Counted from the first letter of the stretch, positions 26,609 through 36,196 are shown. The stretch: DNA of 49,193 nucleotides from Alphaproteobacteria bacterium UBA1254 (GCA_002308495.1 DBVW01000001.1:2684-51876), one strand, 5' to 3'. Notes: generated by a model from the sequence alone, not told the origin. Program-made: numbers and translations.

Positions 26609-27364
26609 ATGTCTCGTAAAGTTCTTATTGCCGGAAACTGGAAAATGAACGGCTTAATTAAAGGCGGTCAGGCGCTTGCCAAAGAAATTGCGCTTGCAAC
26701 CAAAAGTTTAAAACCTCAGGCAGAGGTTCTTGTTTGTCCGCCTTTTACATTGTTAACAACCGTTAAAAAAGCACTCCGCGGTTCGAAAGTGATGCTCGGT
26801 GCGCAGGATTGCCATGTGGAAGAAAAAGGTGCTCATACGGGTGATGTCAGTGCCTATATGCTCAAAGATGCGGGTTGCGACTACGTTATTTTAGGGCATT
26901 CCGAGCGCCGCACAGACCATAAAGAATCGAGCGCGCTTGTTAAAGCAAAAGCCGAATCGGCATTGAAAGCCGGTTTAAAGGTTATTATTTGTATCGGTGA
27001 AACACTTGAAGAGCGTGATGCGGGCAAGGCTTTGAAAGTTACCGAAAAACAGATTAAAGATTCGTTGCCGGATATTTCAACCGCAACAAATACGGTGATT
27101 GCTTATGAACCTGTTTGGGCAATCGGCACAGGCAAAACCGCGACTCCGAAAGATGCCGAAGAGGTTCATGCGCACATTCGAAAAGTTCTTGCGCAAAAAC
27201 TTTCTAAAAGTGTTGCATCTCGTATGCGTATTTTGTATGGTGGTTCCATGAAGCCGGCGAATGCTGCCGAATTGTTGAGCCAAGAAGATATCGACGGCGG
27301 TTTAATCGGCGGCGCGAGTCTTAAGGCCGAAGATTTTATGGCTATTGTCGGCAAAGTTAAATAA
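26609..27364 (+). CDS. tpiA: triosephosphate isomerase
   Basis: AGNWKMNG, GHSERR and AYEPVWAIGTG motifs. The second ATG (26609) was chosen for its SD spacing. Confidence 0.95.
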   Translation: MSRKVLIAGNWKMNGLIKGGQALAKEIALATKSLKPQAEVLVCPPFTLLTTVKKALRGSKVMLGAQDCHVEEKGAHTGDVSAYMLKDAGCDYVILGHSERRTDHKESSALVKAKAESALKAGLKVIICIGETLEERDAGKALKVTEKQIKDSLPDISTATNTVIAYEPVWAIGTGKTATPKDAEEVHAHIRKVLAQKLSKSVASRMRILYGGSMKPANAAELLSQEDIDGGLIGGASLKAEDFMAIVGKVK

Positions 27365-27385
27365 TAAAGAAAGGAATTAAAACAG

Positions 27386-27700
27386 ATGGGTTCTATCTTA
27401 CTTGTGATACATTTGATGACGGCTATCTTTTTGGTCGCATTGATTTTGATGCAACGTTCCGGCGGCGGTGCTTTAAACGGATTGGGCGGCGGCAGCGGTG
27501 CCAACAGCTTTTTGAGTGCGCGCGGTACGGGTAATTTACTCACACGTTTGACGGCGATTTTGGCAACGATTTTCTTTATTACAAGTATTTCGCTTTCTTT
27601 GTATTATAAAGGAACGGATCGTAAACCGACATCTGTCGTTGAAAAAGCGCCTGTTTCTCAAAATGTTCCTGATGTTCCAACCGTTCCTCTCGGAAAGTAA
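27386..27700 (+). CDS. secG: preprotein translocase subunit SecG
   Basis: 104 aa, two TMs with the Gly-rich loop LMQRSGGGALNGLGGGSGANSF. The tpiA-secG order is classic. Confidence 0.85.
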   Translation: MGSILLVIHLMTAIFLVALILMQRSGGGALNGLGGGSGANSFLSARGTGNLLTRLTAILATIFFITSISLSLYYKGTDRKPTSVVEKAPVSQNVPDVPTVPLGK

Positions 27701-27724
27701 GATGAGATTAAGAGACTGAAAAAT

Positions 27725-27755
27725 ATAGGCACCTTTTTTTCGAAGGTGCCTATTT
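27725..27755 (+). terminator. hairpin after secG
   Basis: ATAGGCACC-loop-GGTGCCTAT with a weak T tail. Confidence 0.45.
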
Positions 27756-27784
27756 CACTTTAAATGATAAGGAAATTTAAGAAT

Positions 27785-29425
27785 ATGACAACATCGAAAA
27801 CAAAGTTTATTTTTATTACCGGCGGCGTTGTTTCGTCTTTGGGAAAAGGTTTGGCCTCGGCTTCGCTCGCAACGATTTTGCAGGGGCGCGGATTTAAGGT
27901 CAGGCTTCGCAAACTTGATCCTTATTTGAACGTCGATCCGGGAACAATGAGCCCTTATCAGCATGGTGAGGTTTATGTTACAGATGACGGCACCGAAGCT
28001 GATTTGGATTTGGGGCATTATGAACGTTTTTCGGGTGTTGCGGCAACAAAATATGACAGTGTTACATCGGGCAAAATTTATCAAAATGTGATTAACAGAG
28101 AGCGCAAAGGTGAATATTTGGGCGCAACGATTCAGGTTATTCCGCATGTGACCAACGAAATTAAGGATTTTATTTTATCGCATTTAACGGATGAAGATTT
28201 TGTTTTGTGTGAAATCGGCGGAACGGTCGGCGATATTGAAGGTCAGCCTTATTTGGAGGCTATTCGTCAAATTGCCTACGAGTTAGGGCGAGAGAGAGTG
28301 ATGTTTGTTCATTTGACATTGTTGCCCTTTATTCCGACAGCAGGCGAGCTCAAAACAAAGCCGACACAGCACTCCGTTAAAAAATTGCAGGAATACGGTA
28401 TTCAGCCGGATATGCTTTTGTGCCGAAGCCAGATTGATGTGGCACAAAATGAAAAACGCAAGCTTGCGCTTTTTTGCAATGTTAAAGAAGAAAATGTTAT
28501 CACGGCTTTGGATGTTTCGAATATTTATGAAGTTCCGCTTGCATACGCCAAAGAGGGTATTGACCGTGCCGTTTGCAACCATTTCGGCATTGAATGCAAG
28601 GAGCACCACACGGATTTGAGCAAGTGGCAGAAAATTGTTGATATTGCACAAAATCCGGAAGGTGTCGTCAAAATTGCGGTCGTCGGCAAATATACGCAGC
28701 TTTTGGAGGCCTATAAATCACTCCACGAAGCCATTAAGCACGGGGCTATTGCCAACCATTATAAAGCGGATATTTCCTGGATTGATTCCGAGCTTTTGGA
28801 AAAAGACGAGCCCGAAAGATATTTGAAAGATATTCAGGGGATTATTGTTCCGGGCGGGTTCGGCAAACGCGGCACGCAAGGTAAAATCAACGCGATTACA
28901 TACGCACGCGAACACAAAATTCCGTTTTTGGGGATTTGTTTCGGTATGCAGATGGCGGTCATTGAAACGATGCGCAATGTTGCCGGCATTAAAGATGCAG
29001 ATACGACGGAATTTAACCCGACTTGCACACCGGTTGTGGGGCTGATGACCGAATGGCAGAAAGAAGGACAGAAAGAAACGCGTTCAAAAGACGGTGATTT
29101 GGGCGGAACAATGCGCTTGGGAGCGTATCCGTGCGTTTTGAAAGAAAATACGAAAGTTTATGAAGTTTACAAAACACATGAAATTTCGGAGCGCCACCGC
29201 CATCGTTATGAAGTCAATATGAATTATGAGCCTGTTTTAAAAGAAAACGGGATGATTGTCAGCGGCAGGTCGCCGGACGGAGAGTTGCCCGAAATTGTTG
29301 AAAGGGTTGATCATCCGTGGTTTATCGGCGTTCAGTTCCATCCGGAGCTTAAATCAAAGCCTTTTGCCCCGCATCCGCTGTTTGTTGCGCTTATTAAGGC
29401 GGCAATAGATTTAAAAAAAGCTTGA
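27785..29425 (+). CDS. pyrG: CTP synthase
   Basis: Start at the ATG at 27785 ([22 protein letters not shown]). The glutaminase domain has GICFGMQ and HRHRYE. Confidence 0.96.
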   Translation: MTTSKTKFIFITGGVVSSLGKGLASASLATILQGRGFKVRLRKLDPYLNVDPGTMSPYQHGEVYVTDDGTEADLDLGHYERFSGVAATKYDSVTSGKIYQNVINRERKGEYLGATIQVIPHVTNEIKDFILSHLTDEDFVLCEIGGTVGDIEGQPYLEAIRQIAYELGRERVMFVHLTLLPFIPTAGELKTKPTQHSVKKLQEYGIQPDMLLCRSQIDVAQNEKRKLALFCNVKEENVITALDVSNIYEVPLAYAKEGIDRAVCNHFGIECKEHHTDLSKWQKIVDIAQNPEGVVKIAVVGKYTQLLEAYKSLHEAIKHGAIANHYKADISWIDSELLEKDEPERYLKDIQGIIVPGGFGKRGTQGKINAITYAREHKIPFLGICFGMQMAVIETMRNVAGIKDADTTEFNPTCTPVVGLMTEWQKEGQKETRSKDGDLGGTMRLGAYPCVLKENTKVYEVYKTHEISERHRHRYEVNMNYEPVLKENGMIVSGRSPDGELPEIVERVDHPWFIGVQFHPELKSKPFAPHPLFVALIKAAIDLKKA

Positions 29426-29472
29426 TTGTTTGCTGATTTTATGGTTTAATCATTATTATGAGGGAAAAAGAT

Positions 29473-30459
29473 ATGAAAAAGATTTTAGTTTTATTCGCAT
29501 TTATGTTTTTAATGCCTAATGTTTCAAAAGCTGATTCATGCACATCGTTGCCTGATTGCGAAAGTATGGGCTATTTTTTGGGTTATAACGTTGCTTGCGG
29601 AACAGACGACGCGCGTTATATTTTCTGTCCGTATGATACACGTTATCGCAAGTGTGTGGATTATGACTGCGAGGGCATCGGTTTTACGACAGATGATAAG
29701 ACAGAGTGGTGTGAGAGGATTGTGGAATGTGAGTATGATACGTCTTACACACTTTGCGATGAACCTAAAGGAGAACAGTGCGAGGTTGTAACCTGTCCGC
29801 CTGCTGTCAGCGCTAGCAGCCTTATTGCAAATGCTATTTTAATTGATCCTTGTACGCCGATGAGCGAAGATTGTGTGCCGGGTGAAACGGTTTATACCAA
29901 CTGGAGATGTAAAAACGGATACAGTTATATCGGTAATCGTTGCAGGCGCTTGAGCTCATGCGATGAAGGCACATACGGAGCCCTCAATGTATGTCACTCT
30001 CATTGTAGCGGAACCTGTGTTGAAATGGAAAGCACTGATCCTCAGTATTCTGATGTTTGTAAATATAAGTGCAGAGGTACCGTCGTCGAAGGTTGTCCTG
30101 ACGGGTCATATGATGACGTCTCAAGCTGCGAAGAAGGTTGTGAAGGAACATGTCAAGAATATGACGGATGTTATTATTGCCAAGGCGGATCAAACAATTG
30201 TCCTACAGGATGTAATGATTTGACAGCTTATCGTTGGGAGGCTGATTCCGTGATTGAACATGGATATGTAGATTTGAGTGTGGAATCGGGGTGTGCGTAC
30301 ACGGTATATGGATCTGAGGCGGATGAGTGTTTGCAAAGTGGTAGGTGCACGATGGAGAGCGGTTGTGTCGTACGCTATAGATATAAATATATTGTTTGCG
30401 ATGCAGGCTATCATCCTAAAAAGGTAAGCACAGGTTATGTCGGCTGTGAGCCTGATTAG
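29473..30459 (+). CDS. secreted cysteine-rich protein of unknown function
   Basis: SD GAGGGA. Signal peptide MKKILVLFAFMFLMPNVSKA. About 35 Cys in about 310 mature residues, with repeated YDT(R/S)Y..C and C(S/E)GTC(V/Q)E modules. Confidence 0.6.
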   Translation: MKKILVLFAFMFLMPNVSKADSCTSLPDCESMGYFLGYNVACGTDDARYIFCPYDTRYRKCVDYDCEGIGFTTDDKTEWCERIVECEYDTSYTLCDEPKGEQCEVVTCPPAVSASSLIANAILIDPCTPMSEDCVPGETVYTNWRCKNGYSYIGNRCRRLSSCDEGTYGALNVCHSHCSGTCVEMESTDPQYSDVCKYKCRGTVVEGCPDGSYDDVSSCEEGCEGTCQEYDGCYYCQGGSNNCPTGCNDLTAYRWEADSVIEHGYVDLSVESGCAYTVYGSEADECLQSGRCTMESGCVVRYRYKYIVCDAGYHPKKVSTGYVGCEPD

Positions 30460-30465
30460 TAACTC

Positions 30466-30510
30466 AGAAAAAAAACAAAAAACCTCGCTTGTTGAGAGCG
30501 AGGTTTTTTG
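30466..30510. terminator. bidirectional rho-independent terminator
   Basis: A-rich run, AACCTCGCT-loop-AGCGAGGTT, T6. Confidence 0.8.
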
Positions 30511-30523
30511 TTGGAATTGGGTG

Positions 30524-31228
30524 CTAACGCAGGGTTTTGACCTTGACGACTCCGATGCCGGATTTCGGCCAAGGGGTCTTGTTGGCATCGGCCTCCTTTT
30601 TCATGGCGTTCAAGTTCGCGTTCGAAACAGTCTTTTCGGCACCGTCGACAATTTTCTTGGTCAACTTGCCGTCAGTAACGTAAATCGCGGACTGACCGGC
30701 GTCGGTGTAGGCATAGATAATCCCCTGATATTTTTGTTCGAGGATAACGTTGCCGTTTTCAGGGTCGTAGATGCCGTATTTGCCGGCTTCGTTTTCGGCG
30801 AACAGGAGACCCAGCATCGGATAGTACGTAAAGTCCTTAGCAGGTCCGCAAAGTTCGCGGTGGGGCAGGAAGAAGTATTTGCCGGCAGATGTCTTAAAGA
30901 TAAAATTGCTTTTGCCGGCGCCGGCTTCGGTGATGTTCAGGTTTTCGAACATCCGCTGTCCCGTGTTGTCGAAAATGGCGAAGTTGTTGGCCTTCGCGGC
31001 GATGATGTAGTCGAGCTTGTAGTAGACGACTTCATACACCGGCTCGACGATGACGACGTTCGAAAGAGTGTTCCTGACACCGACATACTCCGTGGTCTTG
31101 TCAATCTTTTTGGTAAAAGAGACGAGGTTGGTGTTGTCGCCGAGAGGTTCAACCTTGGAGCGATAGCAGGAGGTGGCGCAAAGCGCCAAAGCGACAGCGC
31201 ATGCCGCTAAGAATAAAAATTTTTTCAT
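30524..31228 (-). CDS. lipoprotein with WG/KWG-type repeats, compositionally foreign
   Basis: Lipobox-like N-terminus MKKFLFLAACAVALALCATSC. GKYGIYDPENGNVILEQKYQGI is WG-repeat-like. Strong C-ending codon bias, unlike neighbouring genes. Confidence 0.65.
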   Translation of the reverse strand: MKKFLFLAACAVALALCATSCYRSKVEPLGDNTNLVSFTKKIDKTTEYVGVRNTLSNVVIVEPVYEVVYYKLDYIIAAKANNFAIFDNTGQRMFENLNITEAGAGKSNFIFKTSAGKYFFLPHRELCGPAKDFTYYPMLGLLFAENEAGKYGIYDPENGNVILEQKYQGIIYAYTDAGQSAIYVTDGKLTKKIVDGAEKTVSNANLNAMKKEADANKTPWPKSGIGVVKVKTLR

Positions 31229-31451
31229 AATTCGTGAAGTATTTTAAAGGTTCGACAATAATGGTCATAATCAAAATAAACTATAGACAAATTTATCAAA
31301 ATTTCAGATGTTGTCAAGTTTAAAATGGTGGGGAAAAGTTTGTTTTTATGCACATGTAACAATTGGTTACGCATTGTGTTTTTACAAATTCGGATAGTTT
31401 TAATATTCTTCTCTGCAGTATTGGACCAATATATAAAGGATTATTGAAAAA

Positions 31452-32282
31452 ATGGGTAAAATTCATAGCTCCAGCGTTGTCGAAGACGGCGCTCAAATTG
31501 CATCGAGTGCCGAAATCGGGCCGTTTTGTTTTATTAGTTCAAAAGCGAAAATCGGCGAAAATGTTAAACTGATTTCGCATGTTACGGTTTATGGCGATAC
31601 AACAATCGGCGAAGGGACTGTTGTTTTTCCGGGTGCTTGCTTGGGAACAGGTCCGCAAGACCATGGCAATGAGTTTCAGGAAGATGCAAAACTGGTTATC
31701 GGCAAACGCAATGTGATCAGAGAAAATGTGACGATGCATGCAGGCACGCCGAAAGGGCAAAATCCGATTGAAGGTGAGGAGCCGCAAAAGTTGATTACGA
31801 TTGTCGGCGATGACGGAATGTTTATGGTTAATTCACACATTGCTCACGATTGTGTGGTCGGTAATAATGTGATTATGACAAACAATGCGGTTATCGGCGG
31901 GCACGTTCGCATCGGGGACGGAGCGATTTTAGGTGGTAACTGTGCCGTTCACCAATTTTGTCGCATCGGTCGAAAAGCAATGATTGGTGGTTTGTCCGGT
32001 GTTACACGCGATGTTATTCCTTTTGCTATTGTTACCGGTGACAGAGCCAAGTTAAGAGGTTTAAACGTTATCGGTTTGAAACGTAGCGGTTTTGATGAGA
32101 AAACTGTTAAGAACATCACGCGTGCTTATATGTACATTTTCAAAGGCAAAGAAGGTACTTTTGAAGAGCGCGTTAAACAAGCACATGAAAAATTTAAGGA
32201 TAATGAGCTGATTATGGAACAGGTTAAATTTATTGACGAGGCTTTAAAAGGTCGCCGCAATATTATGACTGCCGAAGTTTAA
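31452..32282 (+). CDS. lpxA: acyl-ACP--UDP-N-acetylglucosamine O-acyltransferase
   Basis: 276 aa with left-handed beta-helix hexapeptide repeats (IHSSSVVEDGAQIASSAEIGPFCFI...) and a helical C-terminus typical of LpxA. Confidence 0.88.
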   Translation: MGKIHSSSVVEDGAQIASSAEIGPFCFISSKAKIGENVKLISHVTVYGDTTIGEGTVVFPGACLGTGPQDHGNEFQEDAKLVIGKRNVIRENVTMHAGTPKGQNPIEGEEPQKLITIVGDDGMFMVNSHIAHDCVVGNNVIMTNNAVIGGHVRIGDGAILGGNCAVHQFCRIGRKAMIGGLSGVTRDVIPFAIVTGDRAKLRGLNVIGLKRSGFDEKTVKNITRAYMYIFKGKEGTFEERVKQAHEKFKDNELIMEQVKFIDEALKGRRNIMTAEV

Positions 32283-32405
32283 AAGCTCGTATGGTATTGG
32301 CGTTTTTTAGTGCTGTGCATTTGCCGGGATTTTATTTAAAATAATATTTGACAAAAATTTAAATTTGTGGTATTCTGCATCCCAGAAATCAATTATATAC
32401 GAGAT

Positions 32406-32810
32406 ATGAAGAAATTATTTTTGGTGCTCGCATGCGTTGCGGGTTTTGTTTCTTGCGCAAGCGAGACGAAAAAGGCAGAAGCTCAGATCGAAAAATATGC
32501 TCAGGAATATGAGCGTGTCAGCCAAGAGTGCGAAGATCTGGCCGTGTTTCTGACCGATGAAAAGTGGGATTACATCACGGCAATGGCGCTGTATTCGAGC
32601 TATGAGGCTATCATTGAGGTCGGTACGGCGTGGGGGCTTGATGTTGCGGGTTTCGAAGAAAAAGCCGCAAGCACTCAGGCTGTCATCAAAGATCAAAAAG
32701 TCGAGCTGACCGCAGAAGAAGCGGCATTCGCCGAAAAATACTGCGAAAAGAACAAGATTTTTGCCGCGCAAGCCACCGTCGAGCGATGGCTGTTGCTTCA
32801 GGAAGAGTAA
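32406..32810 (+). CDS. small lipoprotein, compositionally foreign, unknown function
   Basis: Start at MKKLFLVLACVAGFVSC (lipobox), followed by an acidic helical body. GC and codon usage are above the local norm. Confidence 0.55.
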   Translation: MKKLFLVLACVAGFVSCASETKKAEAQIEKYAQEYERVSQECEDLAVFLTDEKWDYITAMALYSSYEAIIEVGTAWGLDVAGFEEKAASTQAVIKDQKVELTAEEAAFAEKYCEKNKIFAAQATVERWLLLQEE

Positions 32811-32844
32811 AAAAGAGCGTCCCTCGCGGACGCTCTTTTCGTTT
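32811..32844. terminator. bidirectional rho-independent terminator
   Basis: AAAA, GAGCGTCC-CTCGC-GGACGCTC, TTTT. Confidence 0.8.
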
Positions 32845-33720
32845 TTACCAGATTTTAAAACCTGTTTCATAACCGAGCGACAGACCGACCGTGGTATCGC
32901 TTCGGCTTTTCTTTGCCCCGCGTGTTTTTGCGATTTTATAGTTTACAAACGGCGCAAAAGACAAATTGCCGACAATCGTAACATCTAAACGGTTGTTTGT
33001 TTCAGCTTCGTATTTAAAGTCAGTGTTGCGGTATTTGTCGTAAATGAAAAATTTTCTGTAAAAACCGTTTGAAACGAATTTCATGTCCTCTCTGATCGGA
33101 TATTCAAATTCATAACCGATTTCGCCGGCGGTTTTCATGTTTGTGTCACCGTATGTAAAGTCCGCTTCTTCAACGGCGGCGGCATAAAGCTGTTTGAAAT
33201 ATTTACCTTCATAAAGTTTCAAACCTGTTTTGCCGCGTAAAATTTTGGTTCGGTAATCTTTGCCGTCTTCGCCTTCAAAGGTTGTAAATTCCGTTTGGTA
33301 ACCGAGGCTGACGAAAGGCCCGATAATGCCTTCTTCCAATTTCCAAATTTTATGTGTGTAATCGGTTGTAAGCAAAATTTTATCGGCTGTTTCACTTTTT
33401 GTTTTTTTGCCGTTTTCATTTGTTTCGCTTCTGCCGTATTCCATAAACAAACTGTTGAGCCAAACCATGCTTTCGGTGTTGTATTCAAGGTTGCCGTCAA
33501 AAAGACCGGTGAAAACGGAATGTTCGTCGGAAGAATAAGTTCCCGGATAGTTTGCGTCATCTTTTTTGTTTGTAACGGAGTTTTGATTGTATTGAAGCGC
33601 AATGCGCTTTAAATTTGCCGTTAAGCTGCTTGCCTCTTCAAGAGAATCCGCTTCTTGAGCAAATGAAAGAACAGGAAAAAGCAAAATACCGCTTAAAAGC
33701 GCTATATGAAATTTTGACAT
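32845..33720 (-). CDS. outer-membrane beta-barrel protein (hypothetical)
   Basis: Signal peptide ..VLSFAQE, alternating beta-strand pattern and a C-terminal GYETGFKIW aromatic terminus. Confidence 0.55.
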   Translation of the reverse strand: MSKFHIALLSGILLFPVLSFAQEADSLEEASSLTANLKRIALQYNQNSVTNKKDDANYPGTYSSDEHSVFTGLFDGNLEYNTESMVWLNSLFMEYGRSETNENGKKTKSETADKILLTTDYTHKIWKLEEGIIGPFVSLGYQTEFTTFEGEDGKDYRTKILRGKTGLKLYEGKYFKQLYAAAVEEADFTYGDTNMKTAGEIGYEFEYPIREDMKFVSNGFYRKFFIYDKYRNTDFKYEAETNNRLDVTIVGNLSFAPFVNYKIAKTRGAKKSRSDTTVGLSLGYETGFKIW

Positions 33721-33814
33721 GTCAAAAGCCTTTCATTAGAGATTATTTGATAAAAAAAGCATAGAAGATATTATGGTATTATAAAGAAGTTTTCTTGATT
33801 TTCTCACAAGAAAC

Positions 33815-34651
33815 TTAGCTACGGTCAAAGATGGTGTTAACGGCAATCATTATCTTGTCTATTCGACCGATTTTCGGTTTCGGCGACATGATTTCCCATC
33901 CGCGATAAGACATAATGTCAAAATAGCGTTTATATATGTGAAAAATAAAACGTAAAGGGCGTGTGTTTTTTTGGTTTGAAGCACTTAGCATTTTATGCGC
34001 TTTTGAAAAATAGATGGAGGCCTGACGTGCCAGTTTTTCACGCACGCTTGTTAAGTTTTTATCCGTAATGACGACGGAAGGAACAACCGATTGAATGCCC
34101 GCTTCTTGTAAGATTTCTTTTGGAATGTAGAGACGATTTTTTAAGGCATCTTCTTTGATGTTACGCAAAATGTTTGTTATTTCCATAGCCATGCCGAAGT
34201 TAAAGGCAAGGGTGCGTTTGGAAGCCTCTTTCATTTCGTTCATAATTAAAAGCATGATATAAACGGGAATGACGGCTGTGCCATGACAATAAGCCGTAAA
34301 AGTTTTATTTGAGGGAGCCTGCAGAGGCTTCGGAAAATCAAGCGAAAAAGCTTGTAAGATTTGTGAAAAATCTTCTTTTTGAATTTTGAAGCGCATACAA
34401 TTTTTATAAATTTTGCGTCCGATTTTTGTGGCAGGCACTTTTTTATCATAAATGTTGTCAAGCTCAATTTTCCATGCGCTTAAGAGATCGGCCTTTTCTT
34501 GCTGACTTAAATTTCCGGAAACGATATCATCAAGATGTTGCACAAAAGCATAGAGCGTGTATATGGCTTCACGCTTGGCTTTTGGCAAACCTCGCATACA
34601 CCAAAACAATGTGGCTTGTGATTTTCGAACAATGCGACCGACAGCGCTCAT
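33815..34651 (-). CDS. squalene/phytoene synthase-family protein (HpnC/HpnD/CrtB-like; possibly non-catalytic)
   Basis: LYAFVQHLDDIVS and NILRNIKEDALKNRLYIP align with the two Asp-rich regions of the family but with substitutions. Confidence 0.65.
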   Translation of the reverse strand: MSAVGRIVRKSQATLFWCMRGLPKAKREAIYTLYAFVQHLDDIVSGNLSQQEKADLLSAWKIELDNIYDKKVPATKIGRKIYKNCMRFKIQKEDFSQILQAFSLDFPKPLQAPSNKTFTAYCHGTAVIPVYIMLLIMNEMKEASKRTLAFNFGMAMEITNILRNIKEDALKNRLYIPKEILQEAGIQSVVPSVVITDKNLTSVREKLARQASIYFSKAHKMLSASNQKNTRPLRFIFHIYKRYFDIMSYRGWEIMSPKPKIGRIDKIMIAVNTIFDRS

Positions 34652-34711
34652 AGATGTTTTACTCCGTTTTTTTGTAAAAGTAGCTTAATATTTCAGGTCT
34701 GTCAACGTTTT

Positions 34712-36073
34712 TCAAAGCTTTGCGCCGTTGATATCTTTAAGCCATTGATCCAAGGCTTTTAAAGCACGGGCGGCGTAGGCTTCTTTGCGCTCAGTGCCCT
34801 TAAGATGACGGAGCTTGCCGCTTTTTGAAGGTATCGGCGGTATTAAAGGAAACAAACCGAAATTAATGTTCATCGGTTGATAATTTTCAATATTTTCAAG
34901 ATCTTGAAGGTGGGCAAGCATTGAGCCGAAAGCTGTTTCGCGCGGTGGCAGAATCGGTTCTTTGTTATTTATCAGAAAAGAGGCAAAAACACCGGCCAAA
35001 AACCCGACGGATGAGCTTTCAACATAGCCTTCGCAACCTGTGATTTGCCCTGCAAACATAATGTTTGGTTTCGATTTGAGGCATAAAAATCGGTCTAAGA
35101 GGAGAGGGCTTTTGATAAAAGTGTTTTTATGTATGCCGCCAAGCCTTGCAAATTCGGCATTTTCAAGCCCCGGAATCATGCGGAAAATTCGTTCCTGTTC
35201 GCCGTGCTTAAGCTTTGTTTGAAAACCGACAATGTTGCGTAAAGTATCTTCTTTGTTGTCTTGGCGCAGTTGAACGACGGCGTATGGAGGTTCCGAGCTG
35301 TTCGGATTTGTTAAACCAACGGGTTTCATCGGGCCGAAACGAAGGGTTTCAATACCGCGCGAGGCCATCACTTCAATAGGTAAACAACCGTCAAAATATT
35401 GCGGATTTTCAAATTGGTGAAATCGGACGATGTCGGCATTTAAAAGCTCGCTTACAAAATTTTCATATTGTTCTTTGTTTAAGGGGCAGTTGATATAGTC
35501 TTTTTTGTTGCCTTTATCATAACGGGATTGATACCATGCTTTTGAAAAATCAATGCTTTGGGTGTAGACAACAGGAGCAATGGCGTCATAAAAAGCAAGC
35601 GTTTTATCGGGAAAGTTTTGAAAGATATTTTTTGCAAAAGTTTCGGACGTTAAGGGTCCCGTTGCAATGATAATGAGCAAATAATCGAGTTCATCAAGAG
35701 ATTCAATTTCTTTTGCTATGATGTTGATTTTAGATTCATTTTTGAGGGCTTGAGTGATCTGAAGTGCAAAGTTTTTGCGGTCAACAGCCAAAGCACCGCC
35801 GGCGGGGACTTTCGTTTTGTCCGCAATGCTTAAAATCAGCGACCCTGCACGACGCATCTCTTCATGCATTAAGCCGACGGCATTATGCATAAAATCATCG
35901 GAACGTAATGAATTTGAACAGACAAGCTCAGCAAAATTTTCATCTTTATGTGCAGGTGAAAATTTCAACGGTTTCATCTCATATAAATCGACATCAATGT
36001 TTCTTTTTGCGAGTTGCCATGCGGCTTCCGAACCGGCCAAACCGGCGCCGATGACGGCAATTTTGTTTTTCAT
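34712..36073 (-). CDS. trmFO: methylenetetrahydrofolate--tRNA-(uracil54-C5)-methyltransferase TrmFO
   Basis: Start at the ATG at 36073 (MKNKIAVIGAGLAGSEAAWQLA). ELVCSNSLRS, GQITGCEGYVES and a C-terminal region typical of TrmFO/Gid. Confidence 0.9.
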   Translation of the reverse strand: MKNKIAVIGAGLAGSEAAWQLAKRNIDVDLYEMKPLKFSPAHKDENFAELVCSNSLRSDDFMHNAVGLMHEEMRRAGSLILSIADKTKVPAGGALAVDRKNFALQITQALKNESKINIIAKEIESLDELDYLLIIIATGPLTSETFAKNIFQNFPDKTLAFYDAIAPVVYTQSIDFSKAWYQSRYDKGNKKDYINCPLNKEQYENFVSELLNADIVRFHQFENPQYFDGCLPIEVMASRGIETLRFGPMKPVGLTNPNSSEPPYAVVQLRQDNKEDTLRNIVGFQTKLKHGEQERIFRMIPGLENAEFARLGGIHKNTFIKSPLLLDRFLCLKSKPNIMFAGQITGCEGYVESSSVGFLAGVFASFLINNKEPILPPRETAFGSMLAHLQDLENIENYQPMNINFGLFPLIPPIPSKSGKLRHLKGTERKEAYAARALKALDQWLKDINGAKL

Positions 36074-36196
36074 ATTTTTATCCTTTGTTTTTGTTTTATC
36101 AATTTTACTTAGCTGTGTAAACAAAAAAGCTTTGTTTTATTAATTTTTTTTTAAGTCTCGTGATGTATTGTTTCGGTAGATTAATCGGGGAAATTT

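Noticed and set aside
30437-31210. 257-aa plus-strand ORF antisense to the WG-repeat lipoprotein gene.
   Set aside because: It is a typical shadow ORF of a GC3-rich gene. It has no signal or start context and a Gly/Val/Arg-rich nonsense composition, while the minus-strand frame has a lipobox and repeats.
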